A DNA stretch of 64,000 nt from the human T2T-CHM13v2.0 reference genome, Homo sapiens, in the NCBI RefSeq assembly GCF_009914755.1, contig NC_060928.1; one strand, 5' to 3'. The number at the start of each line of letters is the position of its first letter. Position 1 is the first letter of the stretch. The notes under the pieces are model-generated. The model was not told where the DNA came from, ran no database searches, and saw only the letters and a program-made list of their open reading frames with translations. This document shows positions 48,935 through 64,000 of the stretch, in pieces. The position numbers were made by a program, and so were the translations under genes.

Positions 48935-51010
48935 AATTTAGCATTAACTGAAGCCCCTGCTTTAGCCCTCCCTAATATCTCCATAAAAGCCAAGAAGTTG
49001 CTAAAGACGTGTTTACTCAGACTCTAAGACCCTAAAGACGCCCAGTGGCCTATTTATCTAAGAGGCTAGATCCTGTGGCCTCTAGATGGCCAAGTTGTCT
49101 GTGAGCCGTAGTGGCTATAGCAAGCCTGGCCCAAGGAGATGATAAGTTAACTCTAAGCCAAAATTTAACCCTTACAGCTCCTCATGCAGTAAAGACCTTA
49201 CTATGAAGTGCTTCTGGCAAATAGATGTCAAATGCTCGCATCTTGCAGTATCGAAGTTTACTGGTAGATCAGCCTCGTTTGACTTTCTCTCCCACAAAGT
49301 GTTTCAATCCAGCTACACTACTTCCTGACTCAGACTCCACTATTCCTGCTCATGACTGTCAAGAACTGTTAGAAACTATCGAATCTGGCCTATCTGATCT
49401 TCAAGCTGTGCCCCTAGAAAAGGCAGATGCCGCCGTGTTCACAGACAGTAGCATCTTCCTCAAGCAGAAAGTATGAAAAGTCAGTGCAGCTGTTACCACG
49501 GAGACAGATGTGTTGTAAGCTCAAGCTTTACCAGCGAACAACTCAGCACAAAAGGCTGAATTGATGGCCCTCACTCAGGCTCTCCGATAAAGTAAGAATA
49601 AACGTATTAACATTTACACTGACAGCAAGTACGCCTTAGCTACTGTGCATGTACATAAAGCCATCTACCAGGAAAGCAGGCTACTCACCTCAGCAGGTAG
49701 CTGTGATCCACTGCAAAGGACATCAAAAAGAAAACACGGCCGTTGCCCATAGTAACCAGAAACCTGATTCAGCAGCTCAGATCGCAGCAAGACTTTCAGT
49801 CACGCCTCTAAACTTGCTGTCCACAGTCTCCTTTCCACAGCCAGATCTGCCTGACAATCCTGTATACTCAACAACAACAACAAAAAAAACTGGCTTCGGA
49901 TCTCAGAGCCAATAAAAATCAGGAAAGTTAGTAGATTCTTCCTGACTTTAGAATCTTCATACCGTGAACTCTTAAAGAAACTTTAATCAGTTACCTACAG
50001 TCTACCACCCATTTAAGAAGAGCAAATCTACCTTAGCTTCTCCAGAGCCATTTTAAGATCCCCCGTCTTCAAAGCCTAACAGATTAAGCAGCTCTCCAGT
50101 TCACAACCTGCGCCCAAGTAAATGCCAAAGAAAGTCCTAAACCCAGCCGAGGCCACTGTCTCTGAAAAAACTCGCCAAGAAAAAACTAAGAAATTGACTT
50201 TACAGAAGTCAAACCACACCAGGCTAAGTACAAATACCTTCTAGTACTAGTAGACACCTTCTCCAGATAGACTAAGGCATTTGCTACCGAAAACGAAACC
50301 ACCAACACAGTAGTTAAGTTTTTACTCAATGAAATCATCGTTCAGTATAGGCTGCCTGTTGCCATAAACTCTGATAATAGAGCAGCCTTCACCTCGCCTA
50401 TAGCTCAGTCAGTCAGTAAGGCCTTAAACATTCAATCATGGTGCCTATCAACCCCAGAGCTCCAGGCAAGTAGAACGCATGAACCACACCCTAAAAAACA
50501 CTCTTACAAAATTAATCTAAAAAAACAGTGTAAATTAAGTAAGTCTCCTTCCTTTAGCCCTACTTAAAGTAAGGTGCACCCCTTACCAGGCTAGTTTCTC
50601 ACCTTTTGAAATCATGTATAAGAAGGCACCCCCTATCTTGCCTAAGCTAAGAGAAGCCAAATTAGCAGAAATATCACAAAATAATTTATTACAGTACCTA
50701 TATTCTCTCCAACAGGTACAAGATATTATCCTGCCACTTGTTCGAGGAGCCCATCCCAATCCAATTCCTGACCAAAGTCCTGCCATTCGTTACAGCCATG
50801 AGACCTAGTGTTTGTTAAAAATTTCCAGAAAGAAAGACTCACTCCTGCTTAGAAAAGACCTCACACCGTCATCCTCACGACTCCAACTGCTCTGAAAGTA
50901 GACGGCATTCCTGCCTAGATTCATCACTCCCGCATCAAAAAGGCCAACAGAGCCCAGCTAAAAACATAAGTCCCCAGGCCTAAGTCAGGCCCCTTAAAAC
51001 TGCACCTAAA
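48935..51010 (+). pseudogene. pol: HERV-T pol remnant (RT connection, RNase H, integrase); protease and RT core absent
   Basis: ALTEAPALALP, RRPVAYLSKRLDPVA, NPATLLP, VFTDSS, SAQKAELMALTQAL, IYTDSKYA, EIDFTEVKP, YLLVLVDTFS. Confidence 0.85.
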
Positions 51011-52050
51011 TCAGGTGAAGCCATTAGATTCATTCTTTTTACTACCTAACTTACTTGTTTTTGCCCGTTACATCCTCTGTGCCTTCCTACTCCTTTCTCC
51101 TCACCTCTTTCACAACAGGACGTGCATTTGCAAACACCATTTAGAAGGCCAGTACCTCCAAGGAAGTCTCCTTTGCAGTTGACTTATTTGTACTTTTCCC
51201 AAAGCCAGCCCATACCCACGAAAAGCAACACAATCTGCCAGTTCCAGGAGCAGGAAGTGTCGACCTTTTAGCAAGATTCAGACACTCCAAGAGCCAAACT
51301 AAGTGTAGAAGCTCCAAAAGTGCAGAAAAAAGACTCCAAAATATTGACTTTTACCTCTGTCCGAGAAATCACCCTGATGCTAGCTGTCAAGATACTTATC
51401 AGTTTTCCTGTCCTGATTAGACATGTGTAACTTTAGCCACCTACTCTAAAAGATCAACCAGATCTTCAACTCTTTCCATAAGTCCTGCTTCTCATCCTAA
51501 ATTATGTACTAGAAAAAATTGTAATCCTCTTACTATAACTGTCCATGACCTTAATTCAACTCAATAGTATCATGGCCTGTCATGAAGATTGAGATTTTAT
51601 ATCCCAGGATTTAATGTTAAGTCTATGTTCACCGTCCAAAAAAACCCTAGTCTCATAAAGCCCACCCAAGTCAGTCAGGCCTTTAACTGATCTAAGTAAC
51701 CCTATGTTCCAGAAACACCCTGACAAAGTTGATTTAACTGTTCCTTCACCATTCTTAGTCATGAAAGATATACTCCAGAAAGTGCAAGAAAATCTAGATA
51801 AGCGCCAACAAAAACAAGAAAATAACATCCCCTAGTATCAAAACATGTTCAACTAGAACCCAGAGCTAACTATTCTAATTACTACGTTAGCCAGACCCCC
51901 TCCCCATCCTACTATTAAGTCTAATTTTTGGACCTTGTATATTTAATTAGTTTCTTAATTTTGTAAAACAACGCATAGCTTCTGTCAAACTTATGTATCT
52001 TAAGACTCAATATAACCCCCTTGTTATAACTGAAGAATCAACGATTTGAT
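50960..52050 (+). pseudogene. env: HERV-T env remnant with large internal deletion
   Basis: SU N-terminus (DFYLCP, CNPLTITV) joined near 51760 to the TM C-terminal part (KVQENLDKRQQ...IFGPCI); start approximate. Confidence 0.75.
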
Positions 52051-52878
52051 TCCCCAAAAACACAAGTGAGGAATGTAATGCCCAACCTTGTTTTTACTAA
52101 CCCTGTCCTTAGACTCTCCCTTTCTTTTAATCACCTAGCCTTGTTTCCACCTGAATTGACTCTCCCTTAGCTAAGAGAGCCAGACAGACTCAATCTTGGC
52201 TCTTTCACTGGCAGCCCCTTCCTCAAGGACTTAACTTGTGCAAGCTGACTCCCAGCACATCGAAGAATGCAATTAACTGATAAAATACTGTGGTGAGCAA
52301 TATCCGCAGTTCCCAGGAATTCGTCCAATTGATAACGCCCAAAGCCCCGCGTCTGTCACCTCATAATAGTCTAAAAGCCCCTAGACCTAGAACTGTTTAC
52401 TTTCCTGTAACAATTTATCCTTTTAACTTTTTTGCCTACTTCTGTAAAATTGTTTTAACTAGATACCCCTCCCCTTTCTAAACCAAAGTATAAAAGAAAA
52501 TCTAGCCCCTTCTTCGAGGCCGAGAGAACTTTAAACGTTAGCCATTTCTTAGCCGCCGGCTAAATGAACAGACTCTTAATTAGTCTCAAAGTGTGGCATT
52601 TTCTCTAACTCGTTCAAGTACAACACATCCAGCAGGCACGTAATCCACTCTAAAATGCCATCCTGGGGTAGTGAAGATGATGTTGCTGGAAATATCCTGA
52701 AATGGCATGCGGATGAGTTCCCCCAGAGGCATACATGTTGAGCTAAGTACTTTGCTGATGAAGGGTACAAGTTGAAGGGGTTTTGAAAGGCAGAGTGAGG
52801 TTCCTCAGAAGGCTGTTGCTACATAAAGACAGGAGGAGAAATTACATGGCCAGATAGAGTGGCATGACCACTGGATAA

Positions 52879-53187
<309 letters not shown>

Positions 53188-54169
53188 TGAGGGTCTTTAG
53201 CAAAGATGGAAGTTTTGGTACCTTGCAGTTTAATCTCTTCATTTATGTCCTCCTGAAATCTTCAGGAATAGCACTATTTTGTCAATACTTCTGGGGTCGT
53301 ACTTAGGGGGACTTAAAGGAGATGTGATGTGGCAGCCTTTGACTTAAAGGAGTATCATACTAGCTCAAAGAGATCTGGGTATATGCCAGCTGAACCAACT
53401 CTTATGAGGATGTGATAGATCCTGGGAGGCCATTCTGATCCTGCCAACCTTGAGGCCAGATGAGTCTTTGAAAAACATGGTTTGGCTTAACACCAGCACT
53501 TAGTCTAACAGTCACCATGAATCTTGCTGAACTGAAGCTATATAAATACCTTTTCAAAAGATTTTTTTTTCATTCCAGATCCTTCTTAGAAATTCCTAAG
53601 GCTCAATGTTGTGTGGAAGATTCTGAGAAAGAAAATAGTTTCCGATCTTTGGGATTCCCCTGAGATGGTCCAATCTGCAAAAAGTTCATTGCCATTTCCA
53701 TCAAGGACACTGAGAACAAGAGTCTTATCCGGATTGGATCCTGGGAATTGAGAAGCTTCAGCAGGTGGGAAATGCACCCTCCACAGGCTCACACCCTTGT
53801 GGGCTGTTTCAGTTACCTATTGCACCTAAAATTAGAAACTTTAAACCACCTCAAGTCATTATTGCTCATGACCCTGTGAGTTGCATGGGGACTTCCTGGC
53901 TGGTTTAACCTTGGCTCATTTGTGTGGCTACCTGCAGCTGGAGGGCCAGCTGGGTGGAACATCCAGGATGACCTCATGCATGTGCCTGGCAGTTGGTGCT
54001 GGTTGTCAGCTGGGGAAACTTGTTTTCCTCCATGTGGCCCCTCGCCCTGTAGAACCACTCTCCAAATGGCCCTTTAAGCAGGATAGCCAAGGTTTGCTTG
54101 GTGCCAGCATCGAAGAGGGCAAAAATATAGAAACTACGAGAGGGCTCTCAAGGCCTAAGACTATATGCA

Positions 54170-54943
<774 letters not shown>

Positions 54944-55069
54944 TGTTGTAGCTATTTTAATAGTGCTGGTGAACAATAATTTGCTCTCCCTATAAAAACA
55001 GGACATACTAAGCCAAGGAAAGCACCAATCTAGTTTGTTCTCCCCAGATCTTCAAAATGTTGGAATTAG

Positions 55070-55428
<359 letters not shown>

Positions 55429-55630
55429 CAGTTTGATTTTTTATTGTGGTAAAGTACATAAAAAATCTATTATTTTAGCCATTTTCGAAGGAAAAATTCA
55501 GTGGTGTTAAGTGCGTCCACCACATTGTACAACCATGTCCCCCATCCATCCCCAGAACGCTTTCATCCTGTCCTGCAAATATGCAGCACCTTGCTTCACT
55601 CCAGGTTGTTTGTCCCACAACAGAGCTGGG

Positions 55631-55653
55631 CTGAATTATTAATGTGGACTTTG
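55631..55653. promoter_or_regulatory. Candidate adjacent HNF1 and HNF4 sites upstream of the ENPP7-like exon
   Basis: ctgaattattaat (HNF1 consensus GTTAATNATTAAC) and tggactttg (reverse complement CAAAGTCCA) 50-75 bp before the ATG. Confidence 0.45.
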
Positions 55654-55703
55654 TTCAACAACGGACTAAAGAGGGCGAAGCCCATGAACTGTGTGAGGAG
55701 TGC

Positions 55704-55967
55704 ATGACAGGTGCTCGTGGGATGACATGGCTCGGCGCCCTCCAGCTGCTGCTGCCGCCGCCGGTCGTGCTGGGCGGCCACCTCGTCCCAGGGAAGAAGA
55801 ACACTCACAGCTGCTGCTGATCTCCTTCCAGCGCTTCCGCTGGAACTAGGATCAGGATGTGGACACCCCCAACCTGGACCATCTGGCTGGGGAGGGCGTC
55901 AAGGCCAAGTACCTCATGCCACCCCTTGTCACAATGACCTCCCCGTCCCACTTCACTGCCATCACAG
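55704..55967 (+). pseudogene. ENPP7P: Unprocessed ENPP7-like (alkaline sphingomyelinase family) pseudogene, first coding exon
   Basis: Signal-peptide-like MTGARGMTWLGALQLLLPPPVVLG, a frameshift, then QLLLISFQRFRWN*DQDVDTPNLDHLAGEGVKAKYLMPPLVTMTSPSHFTAITG; TAG at 55847; donor CAG|GTAAG at 55967/55968. Confidence 0.92.
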
Positions 55968-56064
55968 GTAAGGGCCACTCTGCCCATCAAAGCCCCAGTG
56001 TCGGTCATTCCCTGCGATAAGAAGCAAAAGCTCGGTCAGCTCTAGGGAGGCTGAGGAGGCTCCG

Positions 56065-56344
56065 GGGTCTCACTCTGTTGCCCAGGCTGTAGCTCAGTGG
56101 CATAATCACAGCTCAGTGGAGCCTCACACTCCTGGTCTCAAGCAGGGCTCCCTAGCTCAGGCTCCCCAGTAGCTGGGGATACAGACAAGCCACCGTGTCT
56201 AATTTTCTCATTTTCTTAGAAATTGGGGCAGGTGGTGTCTCACTATGTTGCCTAGGCTGGTTTTGAACTCCTGGTCTCAAGTGAACATCCCAACTCAGTT
56301 TCCCAAAGTGCTGAGATTGGAGACATGAGCTACCGTGCCTGGCC
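56065..56344 (-). mobile_element. Alu (J-like)
   Basis: Degenerate antisense dimer. Confidence 0.82.
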
Positions 56345-56369
56345 TGATCTTTTTTAAAAAAGTAAATAG

Positions 56370-56680
56370 GGCCAGGCATGGTGACTCACCCTTGTAATCC
56401 CGGCACTTTGGGAGGCTGAGGCGGGTAGACCACCTGAGGTCAGGAGTTCAAGACCAGCCTGGCCAACATGGTGAAACGTCGTCTATCCTAAAAATACAAA
56501 AATAAGATGGGCGTGGTGGCAGAGGCCTATAACCACAGCTACTCGGGAGTCTGATGCAGGAGAATCGCTTGAACCTGTGGGGTTGAAGTTGAAGTGAGCC
56601 AAGATCATGCCATTGCACTCCAGTTTGGGCAACAGAGCAAGACTTTATCTCAAAAAAAATAAAAGTAATAAAAATAAAAA
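56370..56680 (+). mobile_element. Alu (S-like)
   Basis: Sense dimer with A-rich tail. Confidence 0.9.
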
Positions 56681-58365
56681 GGTAAATAACTAAAATCACT
56701 TTTAAATAATTGTATAAAAATAATAAAACATTGACATTTACAGAGCTCAGTTAGATGAGGTGACTCATACCCTCCAATGGTGTCCTGGTTCTCTTACATG
56801 AGAATTCAAATGTCTTTCTGTGGCTCAAAAGATCCCACACAGCCTGGCCCCTGGCCCATGTTCTGCCAGCCTCTCTCATCTCTCTCTCCTTCACTTCCTT
56901 CCGGATCACAAAGGCCTTTTGCCTGTGCCTTCTGCCCTGCTCCCTCCAGCCCCAGAGCCTTGGCCTGTGTTAATCCAGTCCCTTCAGCTCACCAGGAGCA
57001 TGCAGTCCATTCGGGGAGACAGACACCAGACACCCAAACAGACACATACATCTCATGACAACTCGGGAGGCATCAAGGAGGAAAACGAGTTTTCCAGGTG
57101 CAGACTACAGGGGTAATCTGGCTTCAAACTAGAGAGGGAGAAAGGGGGTCTCTGAGCATGGGGCAGCTGAGCTGAAAGAGTTCTCAGGGGACCAGAGCAA
57201 GGAAATGTGTTCCAGACAGAGGGAAGAGCATGTGTCAGGTCTCTGAGACAAAGACCTGGTCATTTCAGAATCCCAGTGGCCACTAAAATAGAGGGATTCC
57301 AACCTAAAAAGGAGGAAAAGGAGGCTGCTGAAAAGCAAAGGACTCTGTGTAAGAATCATAATAGTGGGGGTGGAGCCAAGATGGCAGAATAGGAACAGCT
57401 CCAGTCTACAGTTCCCAGCGTGAGCAATGCAGAAGACAGGTGATTTCTGCATTTCCAACTGAGGTACTGGGTTCATCTCACTGGGGAGTGTCAGAAAGTG
57501 GGTGCAGGAAACTTGGTGCAGCTAGTGAGCATGAGCCCAAGCAGGGCGAGGCATTGCCTCACCCGGGAAGTGCAAGGGGTCAGAGAATTCCCTTTCCAGG
57601 TCAAAGAAATGGGTGACAGATGGCACCTGGAAAATTGGGTCACTCCCACCCTAATACTGCACTTTTCCAACGGCCTTAGCAAATGGCACACCAGGAGATT
57701 ATATCCCATGCATGGCTCAGAGGGTCCTACACCCATGGAGCCTCACTCATTGTTAGCACAGTAGTCTGAGATCAAACTGCAAGGTGGCAGCAAGTCTGGG
57801 GGAGGGGCACCTGCCATTTCCTAGGCTTCAGTAGGTAAACAAAGCAGCTGGGAAGCTCCAACTGGGTGGAGCCCAACACAGCTCAAGGAGGCCTGCCTGC
57901 GTCTGTAGACTCCACCTCTAGGGACAGGGCATTGGCAAACAAAAAGCAGCAGAATCCTCTGCAGACTTAAATATCCTTGTCTGACAGCTTTGAAGAGAGT
58001 AGTGGTTCTCCCAGCACGCAGCTGGAGATCTGAGAATGGACAGACTGCCTCCTCAAGTGGGTCCCTGACCCCCGAGTAGCCTAACTGGGAGGCACCCCCC
58101 AGTAGGGGCAGACTGACACCTCATATGGCCGGGTACTCCTCTGAGACAAAACTTCCAGAGGAACAGTCAGGCAGCAACATTTGCTGCTCAACAATATCCG
58201 CTGTTCTGCAGCCTCCACTGCTGATACCCAGGCAAACTCCAACAGACATGCAGCTGAGGGTCCTGACTCTCAGAAGGAAAACTAACAAACAGAAAGGACT
58301 TCCACAATAAAACCCCATCTGTACGTCACCATCATCAAAGACCAAAGGTAGATAAAACCACAAAG

Positions 58366-59374
58366 ATGGGGAAAAAACAGAGCAGAAAAACTGGAAACTC
58401 TAAAAATCTGAGTACCTTTCCTCCTCCAAAGGAATGCAGCTCCTCACCAGCAATGGAACAAAGCTGGACAGAGAGTGACTTTGACGAGTTGAGAGAAGAA
58501 GGCTTCAGATGATCAAATTACTCTGAGCTAAAGGAGGAAGTTTGAACCCATGGCAAAGAAGTTAAAAACCTTGAAAAAAATTAGACGAATGGCTAACTAG
58601 AATAACCAATGCAGAGAAGTCCTTAAAGGACCTGATGGAGCTGAAAACCAAGACACAAGAACTACGTGACAAATGCACAAGGCTCAGTAGCTGATTTGAT
58701 CAACTGGAAGAAAGGGTATCAGTGATGGAAGATGAAATGAATGAAATGAAGTGAGAAGTTTAGAGAGAAAAGAATAAAAAGAAATGAACAAAGTCTCCAA
58801 GAAATATGGGACTATGTGAAAAGACCAAATCTACGTCTGATTGATGTACCTTAAAGTGACAGTGAGAATGGAACCAAGTTGGAAAACACTGCAGGATATT
58901 AGGCAGGAGAACTTCCCCAATCTACCAAGGCAGGCCAACATTCAACTTAAGGAAATACAGAGAACACCACAAAGATACTCCTCAAGAAGAGCAACTCCAA
59001 GACACATAATTGTCAGATTCACCAAAGTTAAAATGAAGGAAAAAATGTTAAGGGCAGCCAGAGAGAAAGGTCGGGTTACCTACAAAGGGAAGCCCATCAA
59101 ACTAACAGCTGATCTCTTGGCAGAAATTCTACAAGCCAGAAGAGATTGGGGGCCAATATTCAACACTCTTAAAGAAAAGAATTTTCAACCCAGAATCTCA
59201 TATCCAGCCAAAATAAGCTTCATAAGTGAAGGAGAAATAAAATACTTTACAGACAAGCAAATGCTGAGAGATTTTGTCACCACCAGGCCTGCCCTGCAAG
59301 AGCTCCTGAAGGAAGCACTAAACATGGAAAGGGACAACAGGTACCAGCCACTGCAAAAACATGCCAAATTGTAA
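58366..59374 (+). pseudogene. L1 ORF1 (disrupted)
   Basis: MGKKQSRK start; RATPRHIIVRF, REKG, YPAKIS motifs; in-frame stops. Confidence 0.92.
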
Positions 59375-59434
59375 AGACCATCGAGGCTAGGAAGAAACTG
59401 CAACTAATGAGCCAAATAACCAGATAACATCATA

Positions 59435-63248
<3,814 letters not shown>

Positions 63249-63881
63249 ACAATGAGAACACATGGACACAGGAAGGGGAATATCACACACCGGGGCCTGT
63301 TGTGGGGTCGGGGGAGTGGGGAAGGATAGCATTAAGAGATATACCTAATGTTAAATGACGAGTTAATAGGTACAGCACACCAACATGACACATGTATACA
63401 TATGTAACAAACCTGCACTTTGTACACATGTACCCTAAAAGTTAAAGTATAATAAAAAATAAAAAATAAAAACTTTTGCTGTTGACTCCAAATATCCTGC
63501 TTCATCATCTCTCCACTCCAGAAACTTTTCACATACTAACAAAGGGTGTTCGTTTCTCCTCTAAGTATTTGCCCCCCAGCCCCACCTGCAAGAAGGTGGA
63601 AGTAGGGCCTCTGCCTGGGATGGTAACTCTCAAATGTAAGGCAATACCTGTCTCTCCTCCAATATCCCAAGGACTGAAGGGCTGTGAAAGTCTGCACATT
63701 GATCAAACTTCCCACTCCCTTATCTGAAGGGACTTACTTCCTTCAAGACACTTTTCCTCTTCCCACCTAACTCCATGCCCCCATCCAGTCATCTTCCAAC
63801 CCATCTCTCCCCACCTGCATGCCACACAAGAGGGGCGTGACCACAGAACCTGGAAGTTCCTTAAAATTGAATAGTATGTCA

Positions 63882-64000
63882 GGCCGGGTGCGGTGGCTCA
63901 TGTCAGTAACCCCAGCACTTTGGGAGGCTGAGGAAGGCAGGTAACTTGAGGTCAGCAGTTCGAGACCAGCCTGGCGAAAATGGTGAAACTCCATCTCTAC
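63882..64000 (+). mobile_element. Alu left arm running off the window end
   Basis: ggccgggtgcggtggctca... Confidence 0.9.

Larger units (their letters stand above)
45295..52625 (+). mobile_element. HERV-T / HERV-S71 gammaretroviral provirus, defective (partial 5' LTR6 45295-45734; 3' LTR6 52074-52625)
   Basis: Direct-repeat LTRs ending 'caagtacaaca'; tRNA-Thr PBS; gag (FLERLQEAYRTYTPFDP, AFVAQAAPDI), RNase H/IN and env remnants; PPT before the 3' LTR. Confidence 0.92.

Noticed and set aside
48439-48936. 165-aa gag ORF as a domesticated capsid gene
   Set aside because: Short open segment of a hypermutated gag, with key residues altered and no ATG start

Overview
Primate (human-like) genomic DNA made up almost entirely of interspersed repeats and pseudogenes. 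I find no intact cellular protein-coding gene, RNA gene or prokaryote-type system. Recognisable content: a processed RPS3A pseudogene nested inside two Alus (7061-7933); a 5'-truncated HERV-K(HML-2) remnant with an LTR5-type LTR (11209-13138, minus); a long old L1M element broken by an L1PB, an AluY with a ~740-bp TA-rich microsatellite and a complete THE1 element; a 5'-truncated processed SNRPC pseudogene (28035-28843, minus); two inverted MER11 solo LTRs; an internally deleted HERV-T/HERV-S71 provirus (45295-52625) with a strong G-to-A hypermutation signature; a disabled ENPP7-like first exon with a candidate HNF1/HNF4 promoter (55631-55969); and a full-length but dead L1PA (57366-63471). 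The ENPP7P + SNRPCP + RPS3AP + HML-2 combination matches, from memory, the multi-copy FAM86/ALG1L/OR7E-associated segmental duplication family; this assignment is inference. Repeat subfamily names come from recalled consensus sequences, and boundaries are approximate unless a TSD is quoted. The best leads are the APOBEC3-like edited provirus, the ENPP7-like exon that may come from a lost paralogue, an 88-bp apparently templated insertion and several rearrangement junctions.
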